Positions 29,491 to 38,699 of a stretch of 64,000 bases of DNA are shown here, piece by piece; the first letter of the stretch is position 1, and each line of letters opens with the position of its first letter. Both the position numbers and the translations under genes were made by a program. Location: the NCBI GenBank assembly GCA_963776345.1, contig CAVZMH010000019.1, positions 224,001-288,000 of the forward strand. Direction: 5' to 3'. Below the pieces are notes generated by a model. It searched no databases. It saw only the letters and a list, made by a program, of their open reading frames with translations, and was not told where the DNA came from. The stretch comes from an uncultured delta proteobacterium (GTDB lineage: Bacteria; Myxococcota; Myxococcia; Myxococcales; Myxococcaceae).

Positions 29491-30024
29491 TCAGGTCTCG
29501 ACCTGCATCGGCGGCTTGCCGAATCGCGCCGCGGGTTGCCCCGGGATCGGCCCGGCGCGCCGGGGGAGCAGCATCGCCCCGAGTCCGCTGGCGAGGGTGA
29601 GCGGGAACACCGCGAACCACCCCAGTAGCGGCACCACGAAGAGCAGAGCGAGCACCCCCCCGCCCCGGAGCACGCGCCTCCAGGGCAGGGTGTCATCCAC
29701 CGGAGCGGCGAGGCCGGTGCCGATCAGGTCCGCGAGGCCGGCCGAGCCGAGCAGCGCCACCACCAGCGGGACCATCAGCGCCGCCCCGGTCAGGAGCTTC
29801 ACCCCCGGATGCGGCGCGTGCGCGAAGGCGGCGAACACCAGACCGACCGGCACCAGCGCAAGCAGGCCGACCAGCGTCGCCGCCACCGGCCGCGTGGCGT
29901 AGGTCCGGTGCGCGCGCTCCACCGCGGGCCGGAACAGCGCCACCGCGGCCAGCCAGTAGGCGTTCAGGGCCAGGGAGGCCCCGACGACGATGAGGAACCA
30001 GAAGAGGATGTCGGCGAAGTTCAT
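29491..30024 (-). CDS. Hypothetical integral membrane protein
   Basis: MNFADILFWFLIVVG..., about five TM helices; ATG overlaps the upstream stop. Confidence 0.7.
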   Translation of the reverse strand: MNFADILFWFLIVVGASLALNAYWLAAVALFRPAVERAHRTYATRPVAATLVGLLALVPVGLVFAAFAHAPHPGVKLLTGAALMVPLVVALLGSAGLADLIGTGLAAPVDDTLPWRRVLRGGGVLALLFVVPLLGWFAVFPLTLASGLGAMLLPRRAGPIPGQPAARFGKPPMQVET

Positions 30025-30447
30025 GGCGTCTCGGTCCGGCGGGAGGTGAAGGGGAAGTCGAGCGTCAGCTCGGGCCAGCGAGCGACCGCGGCGAGCGCGG
30101 ACTGCGCGGGGGGAAGGGCAGGGCGCGGAGCCACCGGGGCCGGCGGGAGGCGCGGCGGATGCGGAAGCTCGCGGCGGAGGGACACGACGCGGGCGGCGAC
30201 CCCGTCCACCCTGGAAGGAGATCGGCCCCGGGAAGAGCAGCACCGCCGCTGCTCCGGCCGCGGCGAGCGTGGCGAGACCCGCCCAGGCGAGGCGCTCCGG
30301 CGTGCGGGGTCGTGCGGCTGCCCGGGCGAGGAGACCCCGGCGCCCCACGCGCTCCACCCAGGCCGCGGCCATCGGAGCGCTCGCCGTCCCGGGCCTGCGC
30401 CTCGCCGCGTCCACCAGCCGTTCCCACCGACGGTCGAGGTCACTCAC
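30021..30447 (-). CDS. Putative anti-sigma membrane protein, frameshift near 30215
   Basis: Follows the ECF gene; single TM helix; the C-terminal half is in the 30021-30443 frame. Confidence 0.5.
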
Positions 30448-31057
30448 CGGAGCCCTCCCCCGGGACGGAGAGGAGCCGCCGGGCCGCCTTCTGCAGGCGC
30501 CGTCGCGCCCGGAACGCGCGCACCTTGAGCGCCGTGCGGCTCCGGCCGGTGAGCGCCGAGACCTCCTCCAGCGAGCGCTCCTCGAGCGAGAGCAGGGTGA
30601 GGAGCAGCCGGTCCTCCGCCGGGAGCTCGGCCAGGAGCGCCTCCACCGCGGCGCGCGCGCCGAGCACCTCGTCCGCCCGCGGCCCCGGATCCACGAGCAG
30701 CGAGCCGATCCACTGCAGCGCCTCGGCGGAGAGCGGGAGCGCCGGAGCCCGGCGCCGCTCCGAGCGGAGCGCGTCGCGGCAGAGGTTGATGGTCAGCCGC
30801 GACAGCCAGTGCTCGAAGGGAATCCCGTCCTGCTCCCGGTAGCGGTCGAGGCGGATGAAGAGGGCGAGGAAGACCTCCTGCACCAGGTCGTCCTCCGGCA
30901 CCGTGCGCGGCCGGTGGGCGCGCACCAGCCGGCGCACCAGCGGCTCGCAGTGCCGGACCAGCCGCTCCGCCGCGAGCCTCTCGCCCCGGCGCACGCCGTC
31001 GAGACACGGCCCGAGCTGCAGGGGCAGGTCCGCAACCGCTGGACACGAGGCAGCCAT
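30440..31057 (-). CDS. ECF RNA polymerase sigma factor
   Basis: DDLVQEVFL, FEHWLSRLTINLCRD, LPAEDRLLLTL..SLEEVSALTG..KVRAFRAR. Confidence 0.9.
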   Translation of the reverse strand: MAASCPAVADLPLQLGPCLDGVRRGERLAAERLVRHCEPLVRRLVRAHRPRTVPEDDLVQEVFLALFIRLDRYREQDGIPFEHWLSRLTINLCRDALRSERRRAPALPLSAEALQWIGSLLVDPGPRADEVLGARAAVEALLAELPAEDRLLLTLLSLEERSLEEVSALTGRSRTALKVRAFRARRRLQKAARRLLSVPGEGSGE

Positions 31058-31070
31058 CCACGACTCGGAG

Positions 31071-31095
31071 AACGACGGGTTCGTCGAGCGGTTAC
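31071..31095 (-). promoter_or_regulatory. Possible autoregulatory ECF promoter (GTAAC-N16-CGTT)
   Basis: AAC...CGT spacing typical of ECF promoters, just upstream of the ECF start. Confidence 0.4.
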
Positions 31096-31113
31096 GTCCG
31101 CCGAGCCTTCTCC

Positions 31114-31296
31114 TTGCCCGGGCCGGAGAGGCCGTGGAGCGACCTGGCGGTAAGGCCGCGAACCGACTCGGGCCGATCCGCGGACTGGCGCCACGCGCTC
31201 CTCCTAGCCCAGGGCGTCGACGTCACCCGGCGCGGCGTGGCCAAGTGCCGCGAGGTGCTCGGAATCCCTCCGGTGCACGAGCGCAGGCGCCCCTGA
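31114..31296 (+). pseudogene. Degenerate sigma-54 C-terminal DNA-binding domain (RpoN box) fragment
   Basis: PERPWSD...LLAQGVDVTRRGVAKCREVLGIPP.HERRR resembles the RpoN C-terminus PLSD...GIxIARRTVAKYRExLGIP..xxRRR. Confidence 0.55.
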
Positions 31297-31329
31297 GCGG
31301 AACGCCCGGTCGCGCACCCGAGGGGAGTG

Positions 31330-32160
31330 CTATGGAGCGTAGCCGCTCGCCGGGCTCCGGAGCCGCCCGCGCACGCTCTCCAGCGCATTCCGGTACAGCC
31401 GGTCGTCCTTCCTCGAGAGCGCCTCGACGTAGAGCGCCTCCGCCCGCTCCCAGTCCCCGAGCGCCTCGAGCACCAGCCCGAGGTCGTACGCGGCCGCCGC
31501 CAGCTCCGGATGCCGGGCGTGCACCGACTCGAACGAGGCGCGGGCCTCCTCGAGCTCTCCGCGCGAGGCCGCGGTCGCCCCGGGCTGGAGCAGCGGGCTG
31601 TCGACGTCGAGCTCCACCTCCTCCACCCGGGGCCGCGGGGCGAGCGCGCGCAGCAGGTCGTCGACCGCCCGGAGGCTCGACTCCACCAGGAGCTGTGACT
31701 GGCCGGCGTGCGCGACGTCGGACGCGCTCTCGCTCCCCTCCACCAGGCCGCCGGTCTCGTACGGCTCGCTCCACGGTCCGTCGGGCGTGCGGGCCACCCG
31801 GGTGAGCAGCCGCACCCGGGCCTGCGGCTCGGCCCCGCCGCCGTCGGTGCGCGGCGAGGCGAAGCTCCACTCGGCCACCTCGAGCACGACGTACGCGCGG
31901 CGGCCGCTCGCATCCACGGGCTCGCCCGGCCTCCAGGCCTCCACCTGGAAGAAGCCCTGCCGCGCGGCGCGGCCCTTCAGCGTGTGCACCACGACGGAGG
32001 GAGCGTCGCCCGGCCCGTCCACCCTCACCAGCGAGAGCACGCGGGCGCGCGGCCCCAGGTCCACCACCGCGGGGGCGGGGCGGGCGACGCGCATCGTCGG
32101 GGCGCATGCTCCGAGCAGGAGCAGGCACGCGGCAGCGCTACGGCATCCTCCCCACCGCAT
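31330..32160 (-). CDS. TPR-containing lipoprotein
   Basis: Lipobox LLLGAC; AAAYDLGLVLEALGDWERAEALYVEAL TPR. Confidence 0.7.
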   Translation of the reverse strand: MRWGGCRSAAACLLLLGACAPTMRVARPAPAVVDLGPRARVLSLVRVDGPGDAPSVVVHTLKGRAARQGFFQVEAWRPGEPVDASGRRAYVVLEVAEWSFASPRTDGGGAEPQARVRLLTRVARTPDGPWSEPYETGGLVEGSESASDVAHAGQSQLLVESSLRAVDDLLRALAPRPRVEEVELDVDSPLLQPGATAASRGELEEARASFESVHARHPELAAAAYDLGLVLEALGDWERAEALYVEALSRKDDRLYRNALESVRGRLRSPASGYAP

Positions 32161-32854
32161 CCATCCCAAAGGTCAGCTCCGCCTGCCAGGGCCCCGCCGG
32201 GAACCCGTCCAGCACCAGCACCCGGTCGAGCGCCCGGAGCGTCTCGAGCCCGAGCCTGCCGAACTCGATTCCGACCGCCGGGTGGGTCTTGGGGCGGGAC
32301 GTCCCGTTCGTCGCCCAGACCACCGCGCCGTGGAGCATCAGACGTCCGGTGTCGAGCTGCAGCTCGAGCAGCATCGGCACCCCCAGCCGGGCGTCGCGCG
32401 GGAGATCGCCCGTCTCGAGCTCGACACCGGCGCCGCCGCGCGAGAGGTCCCGCACGCTCCACTGCTGCGTCGTTCCCTGCGCCTTGAGGTGCACCGGGAC
32501 GCGCGGGTAGCGCCGCGACTTCTCGTTGCGGTGCGCCTCGAAGAGCTTGAGCAGCGCGGCGTCCAGGCCCTTCCGGCTCCGCCCGGGCACGTACCGGATG
32601 TTCAGGAAGTACTCGCCTGAGGCCGAGCGCCGGACGTCGACCACCTCGCCCAGCACCTCCACCGGATGCGAGACCGACTCGGCGGTGAGCTCGAAGAGAA
32701 ACTTGGTGCCGCGCTCGAGCGGCCGCTGGCTGGGCAGGGAGACGCCGCCCTTCCCGACGCTCTTGGTGAACGCCTGTAGCAGCGACTCGGGGCTCCGGTA
32801 GGAGATCCGCAGCCTTACCGGCTGGATCGAATGGGGAGGATCCGGAGCGCTCAT
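32138..32854 (-). CDS. Tandem PilZ-domain protein
   Basis: Degenerate N-terminal PilZ; second domain has RRYPR and DLSRGG c-di-GMP motifs. Confidence 0.82.
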   Translation of the reverse strand: MSAPDPPHSIQPVRLRISYRSPESLLQAFTKSVGKGGVSLPSQRPLERGTKFLFELTAESVSHPVEVLGEVVDVRRSASGEYFLNIRYVPGRSRKGLDAALLKLFEAHRNEKSRRYPRVPVHLKAQGTTQQWSVRDLSRGGAGVELETGDLPRDARLGVPMLLELQLDTGRLMLHGAVVWATNGTSRPKTHPAVGIEFGRLGLETLRALDRVLVLDGFPAGPWQAELTFGMDAVGRMP

Positions 32855-32935
32855 CCGCGAACTCCAAAGTGCCCGGAAAGTCGTGATGCCCACAAGCCCC
32901 GCGCGTGTCAGGGCCCTCCTCTTTCTGGATCGCTC

Positions 32936-32970
32936 GTGGAAAGAAGTGGTATGGAGTGGATCAGCAGGGA
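32936..32970 (+). promoter_or_regulatory. MraZ operator: GTGG(A/T) direct repeats at 10-bp period
   Basis: GTGGA (32936), GTGGT (32946), GTGGA (32956), degenerate AGGGA (32966), just upstream of mraZ. Confidence 0.75.
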
Positions 32971-32991
32971 TCTCCAGCGGCAAGGCCACGT

Positions 32992-33456
32992 GTGTTCCGG
33001 GGCGTCTACGAGCACCAGATCGACGCGAAAGGGCGGACCAGCCTCCCGGCCAAGCTCCGGGAGACGCTGGTGGGCGCCTACGACGAGCGCCTCATCGTCA
33101 CCACCGCCCTGGACCCCTGCCTCCATGCCTACCCGGTGCGGGAGTGGGAGCTGCTCGAGGCGTCGCTCGCCACGCGGAACCCGATGGAGCCGGGCGTGAA
33201 GACGCTGATGCGCCTCTACGTGGCGCCGGCCCAGGAGTGCCCGGTCGACAAGCTGGGGCGAATCCTGATCCCGCCCACGCTGCGCGCCCACGCCGGCCTG
33301 GAGAAGGACGTGGTCTGGGCGGGGATGGTGAAGGTCATCGAGGTGTGGAGCCGGGACGGCTGGCGCCGGGCGCAGGAAGACGCCCGCGGCGCGGCCGACT
33401 CTGCAGACGTGATGCGCGTGCTCACCGAGCTGCGCCAAGGAAGGGAGCAAACGTGA
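32992..33456 (+). CDS. mraZ: Division/cell wall cluster repressor MraZ
   Basis: [14 protein letters not shown] and DKLGRILIP (DxxGR twice). Confidence 0.95.
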   Translation: MFRGVYEHQIDAKGRTSLPAKLRETLVGAYDERLIVTTALDPCLHAYPVREWELLEASLATRNPMEPGVKTLMRLYVAPAQECPVDKLGRILIPPTLRAHAGLEKDVVWAGMVKVIEVWSRDGWRRAQEDARGAADSADVMRVLTELRQGREQT

Positions 33457-33842
33457 GCAAGGCGGCGAAGAAGGAGCGGCGGAACGAGCTCGAGCCCTCG
33501 CTGAGGCTGAAGCACACCACCCTGTCCTGCATGGGCGAGCTGGATCGCGACGCGCTCCGGGCCATCCGCGACCGGATGCTGCGCCTGCTGGATCAGGGCT
33601 GCGTCTGGCTGGTGCTGGACCTCAGCGAGGTGAGCCACATGGACTACCGGGGAGTGCCCTGGCTCGTCTCGCAGGCCGAGGACTACCGGCGCCGCGGCGG
33701 CGACGTGAAGCTCGCCGGCGTCTCGCGCTACCTCCTGGCCATCCTCCGCGCCGCGGGGGCCCACGACGCGTTCGAGATCTACTCCGACGCCGGCGACGCC
33801 CGGGAGGCGCTCAGCCAGGGCCAGAACGCCTGGCTTCATTGA
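33453..33842 (+). CDS. STAS-domain (anti-sigma antagonist-like) protein
   Basis: [31 protein letters not shown]; overlaps mraZ and rsmH. Confidence 0.82.
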   Translation: MSKAAKKERRNELEPSLRLKHTTLSCMGELDRDALRAIRDRMLRLLDQGCVWLVLDLSEVSHMDYRGVPWLVSQAEDYRRRGGDVKLAGVSRYLLAILRAAGAHDAFEIYSDAGDAREALSQGQNAWLH

Positions 33843-34786
33843 CGTCCGGCTCCACCGGCGAGCCTCGGCGTCCCTTGTCGTTCGTCCACGAAACCGTCCT
33901 CCGCGACGAGGTGGTTCAGCTCTTGAAGCCAGTTCCCGGAAAGCGCCTGGTGGATGCGACGCTCGGCGGCGGCGGGCACGCCGAGGCCCTGCTCGCAGCC
34001 GGGGCCGAGGTCATCGGCGTGGACAGGGATCCGACCGCCGTCGCCGCGGCGCGCGCCCGCCTGGCCGGCTCCGAGCGGTTCCAGGCGGTGGAGGGACGCG
34101 CCGGCGAGCTCGAGGCGCTGCTCGGCCCGATGGGGCTGCTCCCGGTGGATGGCGTGCTGCTCGACCTGGGCGTGAGCAGCCCGCAGCTCGGCACCCCGGG
34201 CCGGGGCTTCAGCTTCCAGGCCGACGGTCCGCTGGACATGCGGATGGGGCGTACGGGCGAGACCGCGGCGGAGCTGATCGCCCGGCTGTCCGAGCCCGAG
34301 CTGACCGCCGTGCTCCGCGACCTCGGCGAGGAGCCCTTCGCCAGGCCCATCGCCCGCGCCCTGAAGCAGGACCTGCCCATCACCACGCTCGCCGCCGTCG
34401 AGTCGGTGAAGCGGGCGGTGCCGCGAAGGGCCTGGCCGTCGAAGGTGCACGTGGCGACGCGGACCTTCCAGGCGCTCCGCATCGCGGTGAACGACGAGCT
34501 GGGCGAGCTGGACCGGGTTCTCTCGGCGCTGCCCCGGCTGCTCCGCGTCGGCGGGCGGGCGGCGGTCATCGCCTTTCACAGTCTCGAGGACCGCGCGGTG
34601 AAGCAGGCCTTCCGCGCGCTCGAGGGCCGCTGCACCTGTCCGCCGGGGCTTCCCGTCTGCGCCTGCGGTGCGCAGGGCACGTTCAAGGTCCTGACCCGCA
34701 GGGCGGTGCAGGCCTCGGACGCCGAGGTCGAACGCAATCCCCGGGCGCGCAGCGCGCGGCTCCGGGCCGTGGAGAGGGTGGCATGA
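33839..34786 (+). CDS. rsmH: 16S rRNA m4C1402 methyltransferase
   Basis: [44 protein letters not shown]. Confidence 0.96.
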   Translation: MTSGSTGEPRRPLSFVHETVLRDEVVQLLKPVPGKRLVDATLGGGGHAEALLAAGAEVIGVDRDPTAVAAARARLAGSERFQAVEGRAGELEALLGPMGLLPVDGVLLDLGVSSPQLGTPGRGFSFQADGPLDMRMGRTGETAAELIARLSEPELTAVLRDLGEEPFARPIARALKQDLPITTLAAVESVKRAVPRRAWPSKVHVATRTFQALRIAVNDELGELDRVLSALPRLLRVGGRAAVIAFHSLEDRAVKQAFRALEGRCTCPPGLPVCACGAQGTFKVLTRRAVQASDAEVERNPRARSARLRAVERVA

Positions 34787-35166
34787 TCCGGAAGTCCGGG
34801 AAGGGGCGCCGGGTCTCCCTCGGCGCGGTGCTGGGGCAGATCTTTCCGGTGGCGCTCTGCTGCGGGCTGCTGGCCGCGGTCGGCATCCTCCACGTGGCCT
34901 CGCGCAGCCAGGTGGTGGACGCGGCGTACCGTCTCTCCGCGCTCGAGGCCGAGAGCCGCACGCTCGCCCTGGCCAACGACCGGCTCAAGCTCGAGCTGGC
35001 GACGCTCAAGCGCCCGGCCCGTCTCGAGGCGCTCGCCCGCGGCCAGCTGGGGATGGCCCCGGCGGCCGCGTCGGCCGTCGACTCGGTCGCCGCCCGGCCC
35101 GCGCCGGTGGCGGTGCACGCGGCCGAGGGTCGCCGCACGCTGGCCGACCGCCGCTCGCCGCGATGA
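34783..35166 (+). CDS. ftsL: Cell division protein FtsL
   Basis: TM helix plus leucine zipper and ARGQLGM; lies between rsmH and ftsI. Confidence 0.85.
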   Translation: MIRKSGKGRRVSLGAVLGQIFPVALCCGLLAAVGILHVASRSQVVDAAYRLSALEAESRTLALANDRLKLELATLKRPARLEALARGQLGMAPAAASAVDSVAARPAPVAVHAAEGRRTLADRRSPR

Positions 35167-37166
35167 TCCCTCGCCGGTCCTCCGAGCATGGGCGGCCTCC
35201 GGCCGAGCTGACGCGGTGGACCCGTGCCCGGGTGCTCCTGATGGGCGGCCTGCTCATGGCCACGCTCGGGGCGGCGCTGGTGCGCGCGGTCAGCCTTCAA
35301 GTGCTCCAGCGGGCCCGGCTCTCCTCGATGGCCACGGACCAGTCGGTGCGGGAGATGGAGATCCCCGCCCGCCGCGGCGACATCTACGACCGCCGCGGCA
35401 TCCCGCTGGCCCAGAGCGTGGAGGTGGACTCGCTCTGGCTCGACCCCTCGCTGGTGCCGGACCTCCCGCGCGCCTCGCGCGAGCTGGCCCGGGCGCTGCG
35501 CCTCGACGCCGCCGAGCTCCAGGCCCGGCTCGCCCGCGGCCGCCGCTTCGCCTGGGTGAAGCGTCAGGTGACGCCGCAGGAGCTCGTCGCGGCGCAGCGG
35601 CTGGACATCCCCGGCCTCGGCGTGGCCAAGGAGCCCAAGCGCTTCTACCCGCAGCGCGAGCTCGGGGCCCAGGTGCTGGGAGTGGTCGGCACCGACGGCC
35701 ACGGGCTCGAGGGCCTGGAGCTGGCCTTCGAGGACGAGCTGTCCGGGCAGAGCGAGAAGGTGCAGGGCACGCGCGACGCCCGCGGGAGGAACCTCCTGCT
35801 CCAGGGCGCGCCCGAGGCGGTGGACCGGCAGGGCGCCACCGTCACCCTCACCCTCGACCGCCAGGTGCAGTACGTCGCCGAGAAGGCGCTGGACCGCGCG
35901 GTCGAGGAGAGCAAGGCCATCGGCGGGATGCTGGTGGTGCTGGACCCCCGCACCGGCGAGCTCCTGGGCATCGCCCAGTCGCCGCGCTTCAACCCCAACG
36001 CCCCGGCGCCCGGCATCGCCGCCGGCGCGGTCCGCGACCGCCCGGCGCTCGACACCTTCGAGCCGGGCAGCACCTACAAGGCCTTCGTCGCCGCCGCTGC
36101 GCTCGAGGACCGGGCGGTCCGCCCCGAGGACACCTTCGACTGCGAGGGCGGCAGCTGGGAGGTGGGCCGGCACGTCATCCACGACACCCACCCGCACGGC
36201 ATGCTGAACCTCGCCCGCATTCTCGCCGTCTCCTCGAACATCGGCGCCGCCAAGGTGGCCCAGCGGCTCGGGCGCGAGGGGATGATGCGGGCGGCCCGCC
36301 GCTTCGGCTTCGGCGAGCGGACCGGGCTCGCGCTCCCCGGCGAGGGCCGGGGGAGCATCCCGTACCCCAAGGCCGAGGTGACCCTGGCCACCCAGGCCTT
36401 CGGGCAGGGGCTGAGCGCCACCGCGGTCCAGGTGGCGGCGGCGTACGGCGCGCTGGCCAACCGGGGCGTCCTGATGCGCCCGTACCTGGTCGCGCGGGTC
36501 ACCGACCCCGATGGGGTGGTGCTGCTCGAGAACCAGCCCACCCCGGTGCGTCCGGCGGTCAGCGAGCGGACGGCCCGGATGGTCCTCCAGATGCTCGAGG
36601 GGGTGGTCCAGAAGGACGGCACCGCCCCCCGCGCCGCGCTGGAGGCTTACCGGGCGGCCGGAAAGACCGGGACGGCGCAAAAACCCGACCCCGTTGCACG
36701 CGGCTACTCCGAGAAGCGAATCGCCAGCTTCGCCGGCATCGTCCCGGCAGACGACCCCCGGCTGGTCATCTACGTCATGGTGGACGAGCCCAAGACGGAC
36801 GTCTACGGCAGCGTGATCGCCGCCCCGGCCTTCAAGGAGGTCGCCACTGCGGCCCTCCCCTACCTGGGCATCCCACCGTCGCTTTCCGTGCTGGCGGCCG
36901 CCAAGAAGGTTCCCATCCCACCCCCGATGCAGGTAAAGGAGGAGCCCGCCGCGGCCCAGCCGGTCACCGAGCGGCTGGAGCAGGGGAGTGTGTCGGTCCC
37001 GAACGTGCAAGGACAGGTGGGTCGTGACGCCGTGGCGCGGATGCTGGCGACGTCCCTGGAACCCAGACTTCGTGGCAGTGGACGGGTGATGGCGCAGTGG
37101 CCCGCACCGGGCGCGCACGTGGCGCGCGGGGCGAGAGTGACGCTCGAACTGGGCGCCGCACCCTGA
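35163..37166 (+). CDS. ftsI: FtsI/PBP3 transpeptidase with C-terminal PASTA domain
   Basis: RRGDIYDR, EPGSTYK, SSN, GKTGTAQK; VPNVQG...QWPAPG PASTA domain. Confidence 0.94.
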   Translation: MIPRRSSEHGRPPAELTRWTRARVLLMGGLLMATLGAALVRAVSLQVLQRARLSSMATDQSVREMEIPARRGDIYDRRGIPLAQSVEVDSLWLDPSLVPDLPRASRELARALRLDAAELQARLARGRRFAWVKRQVTPQELVAAQRLDIPGLGVAKEPKRFYPQRELGAQVLGVVGTDGHGLEGLELAFEDELSGQSEKVQGTRDARGRNLLLQGAPEAVDRQGATVTLTLDRQVQYVAEKALDRAVEESKAIGGMLVVLDPRTGELLGIAQSPRFNPNAPAPGIAAGAVRDRPALDTFEPGSTYKAFVAAAALEDRAVRPEDTFDCEGGSWEVGRHVIHDTHPHGMLNLARILAVSSNIGAAKVAQRLGREGMMRAARRFGFGERTGLALPGEGRGSIPYPKAEVTLATQAFGQGLSATAVQVAAAYGALANRGVLMRPYLVARVTDPDGVVLLENQPTPVRPAVSERTARMVLQMLEGVVQKDGTAPRAALEAYRAAGKTGTAQKPDPVARGYSEKRIASFAGIVPADDPRLVIYVMVDEPKTDVYGSVIAAPAFKEVATAALPYLGIPPSLSVLAAAKKVPIPPPMQVKEEPAAAQPVTERLEQGSVSVPNVQGQVGRDAVARMLATSLEPRLRGSGRVMAQWPAPGAHVARGARVTLELGAAP

Positions 37167-37183
37167 GCAAGGACCTAACGTAA

Positions 37184-38689
37184 ATGAAGTTGACCGAAGT
37201 GTTGGCGGGGATTGGTGCCGAGCAGCAGTCCGGCTCCCGGGCGTCGCTCGAGGTGACGGGCGTGGCCCATGACTCGCGCAAGGTGACGCCGGGCACGCTG
37301 TTCGTCGCCTTCCCGGGCGCCACCACCGACGGGGCCAATTTCGTCGCCGAGGCCAAGCAGAAGGGCGCGGTGGCGGTGGTGGCCCAGCGGGCGGTGCAGA
37401 CCGAGGGCCCAGTGTTCCAGGTGGTCAACGCCCGGCAGGCCCTGGCGCTGATCGCCGCCAACTTCTACCGGAAGCCGGCGAACGAGCTGATGCTGCTCGG
37501 GGTCACCGGGACCAACGGGAAGACCACCACCACCTGGCTGCTGGAGTCCATCTGCGCCGCCGGCGGCGCGGCCACCGGGCGCATCGGCACCATCGACACC
37601 CGCTTCGCCGGCCGCTCGCTCGAGCCCACCCACACCACGCCCGACGCGCTCGCGCTGCAGGCGCTCTTCCGGGAGATGGTGGACGCCGGCACGGACACGG
37701 TGGTGATGGAGGTCAGCAGCCACGCGCTCGACCAGGACCGGGTGCACGGCCTGACGTTCCGCGCCGCCGGCTTCACCAACCTGAGCCGGGATCACCTCGA
37801 CTACCACCCGGACATGGAGGCCTACTTCCAGGCCAAGCGGAAGCTCTTCAGCGAGAACCTGAGCCCGGGCGGCGTGGCGGTGGTGAACGGCGACGACACC
37901 TACGCCGCGCGCCTCTACAACGAGGTCCGCTCCAGCAAGCGGATGGCCTGGAAGTTCAGCCGGAGCGGCGGGGAGATCTCCGCCGCCGGCGTCGAGTACT
38001 CGCTGGCCGGCATCAAGGCGACCCTCAAGACGCCGGCGGGCGACATCGCCATCCAGTCGGCGCTGGTCGGCCCGCACAATCTGGAGAACATCCTCGCCGC
38101 CGCCGGCATGGCGCTCGGGGCGGGCTTCAGCCGCCAGGACGTGAAGGAGGGCCTCGCCCGGATGAAGGGCGTGCCGGGCCGGATGGAGCGCATCGAGGCC
38201 GAGGGGCGGGTGGCCCTGGTCGACTACGCGCACAGCGACGACGCGCTCCGCCGCTCGCTCGAGGCCGCGCGCACCCTCGCCCGGGGCCGGGTGGTGGTGG
38301 TGTTCGGCTGCGGCGGCGACCGCGACAAGGGCAAGCGCCCGCTGATGGGCCAGGTCGCCGCGGAGAGCGCGGACCTGGTGGTGGTCACCAGCGACAACCC
38401 ACGCACCGAGGACCCGGACGAGATCATCTCGCAGGTCACCGCCGGCGTGGAGAAGGCCGGGCTCCGCCGGATGAGCGCCGGCAAGGCCAAGAGCGGCGAG
38501 CGCGGCTACCTGGTCGACGCCGACCGGCGGGCGGCCATCGAGCTCGGGGCGTCGCTCTTGAAGGAAGGCGACGTGATGCTCGTCGCCGGCAAGGGCCATG
38601 AGGGCTACCAGCTCGTCGGGACCGAGAAGCGGCCCTTCGACGACGTGGCCGAGGCCCGCGCCGCGCTGACCAAGGCCGGAGCAACCTGA
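37184..38689 (+). CDS. murE: UDP-MurNAc-tripeptide synthetase (meso-DAP type)
   Basis: GTNGKTT, EVSSH, DHLDYH, DYAH, DNPR, AGKGHE. Confidence 0.96.
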   Translation: MKLTEVLAGIGAEQQSGSRASLEVTGVAHDSRKVTPGTLFVAFPGATTDGANFVAEAKQKGAVAVVAQRAVQTEGPVFQVVNARQALALIAANFYRKPANELMLLGVTGTNGKTTTTWLLESICAAGGAATGRIGTIDTRFAGRSLEPTHTTPDALALQALFREMVDAGTDTVVMEVSSHALDQDRVHGLTFRAAGFTNLSRDHLDYHPDMEAYFQAKRKLFSENLSPGGVAVVNGDDTYAARLYNEVRSSKRMAWKFSRSGGEISAAGVEYSLAGIKATLKTPAGDIAIQSALVGPHNLENILAAAGMALGAGFSRQDVKEGLARMKGVPGRMERIEAEGRVALVDYAHSDDALRRSLEAARTLARGRVVVVFGCGGDRDKGKRPLMGQVAAESADLVVVTSDNPRTEDPDEIISQVTAGVEKAGLRRMSAGKAKSGERGYLVDADRRAAIELGASLLKEGDVMLVAGKGHEGYQLVGTEKRPFDDVAEARAALTKAGAT

Positions 38690-38699
38690 CCGGGCGCAG

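Noticed and set aside
29491..30447. 318-aa fused membrane protein
   Set aside because: Frameshift near 30215; an ATGA overlap at 30021-30024 indicates two genes.
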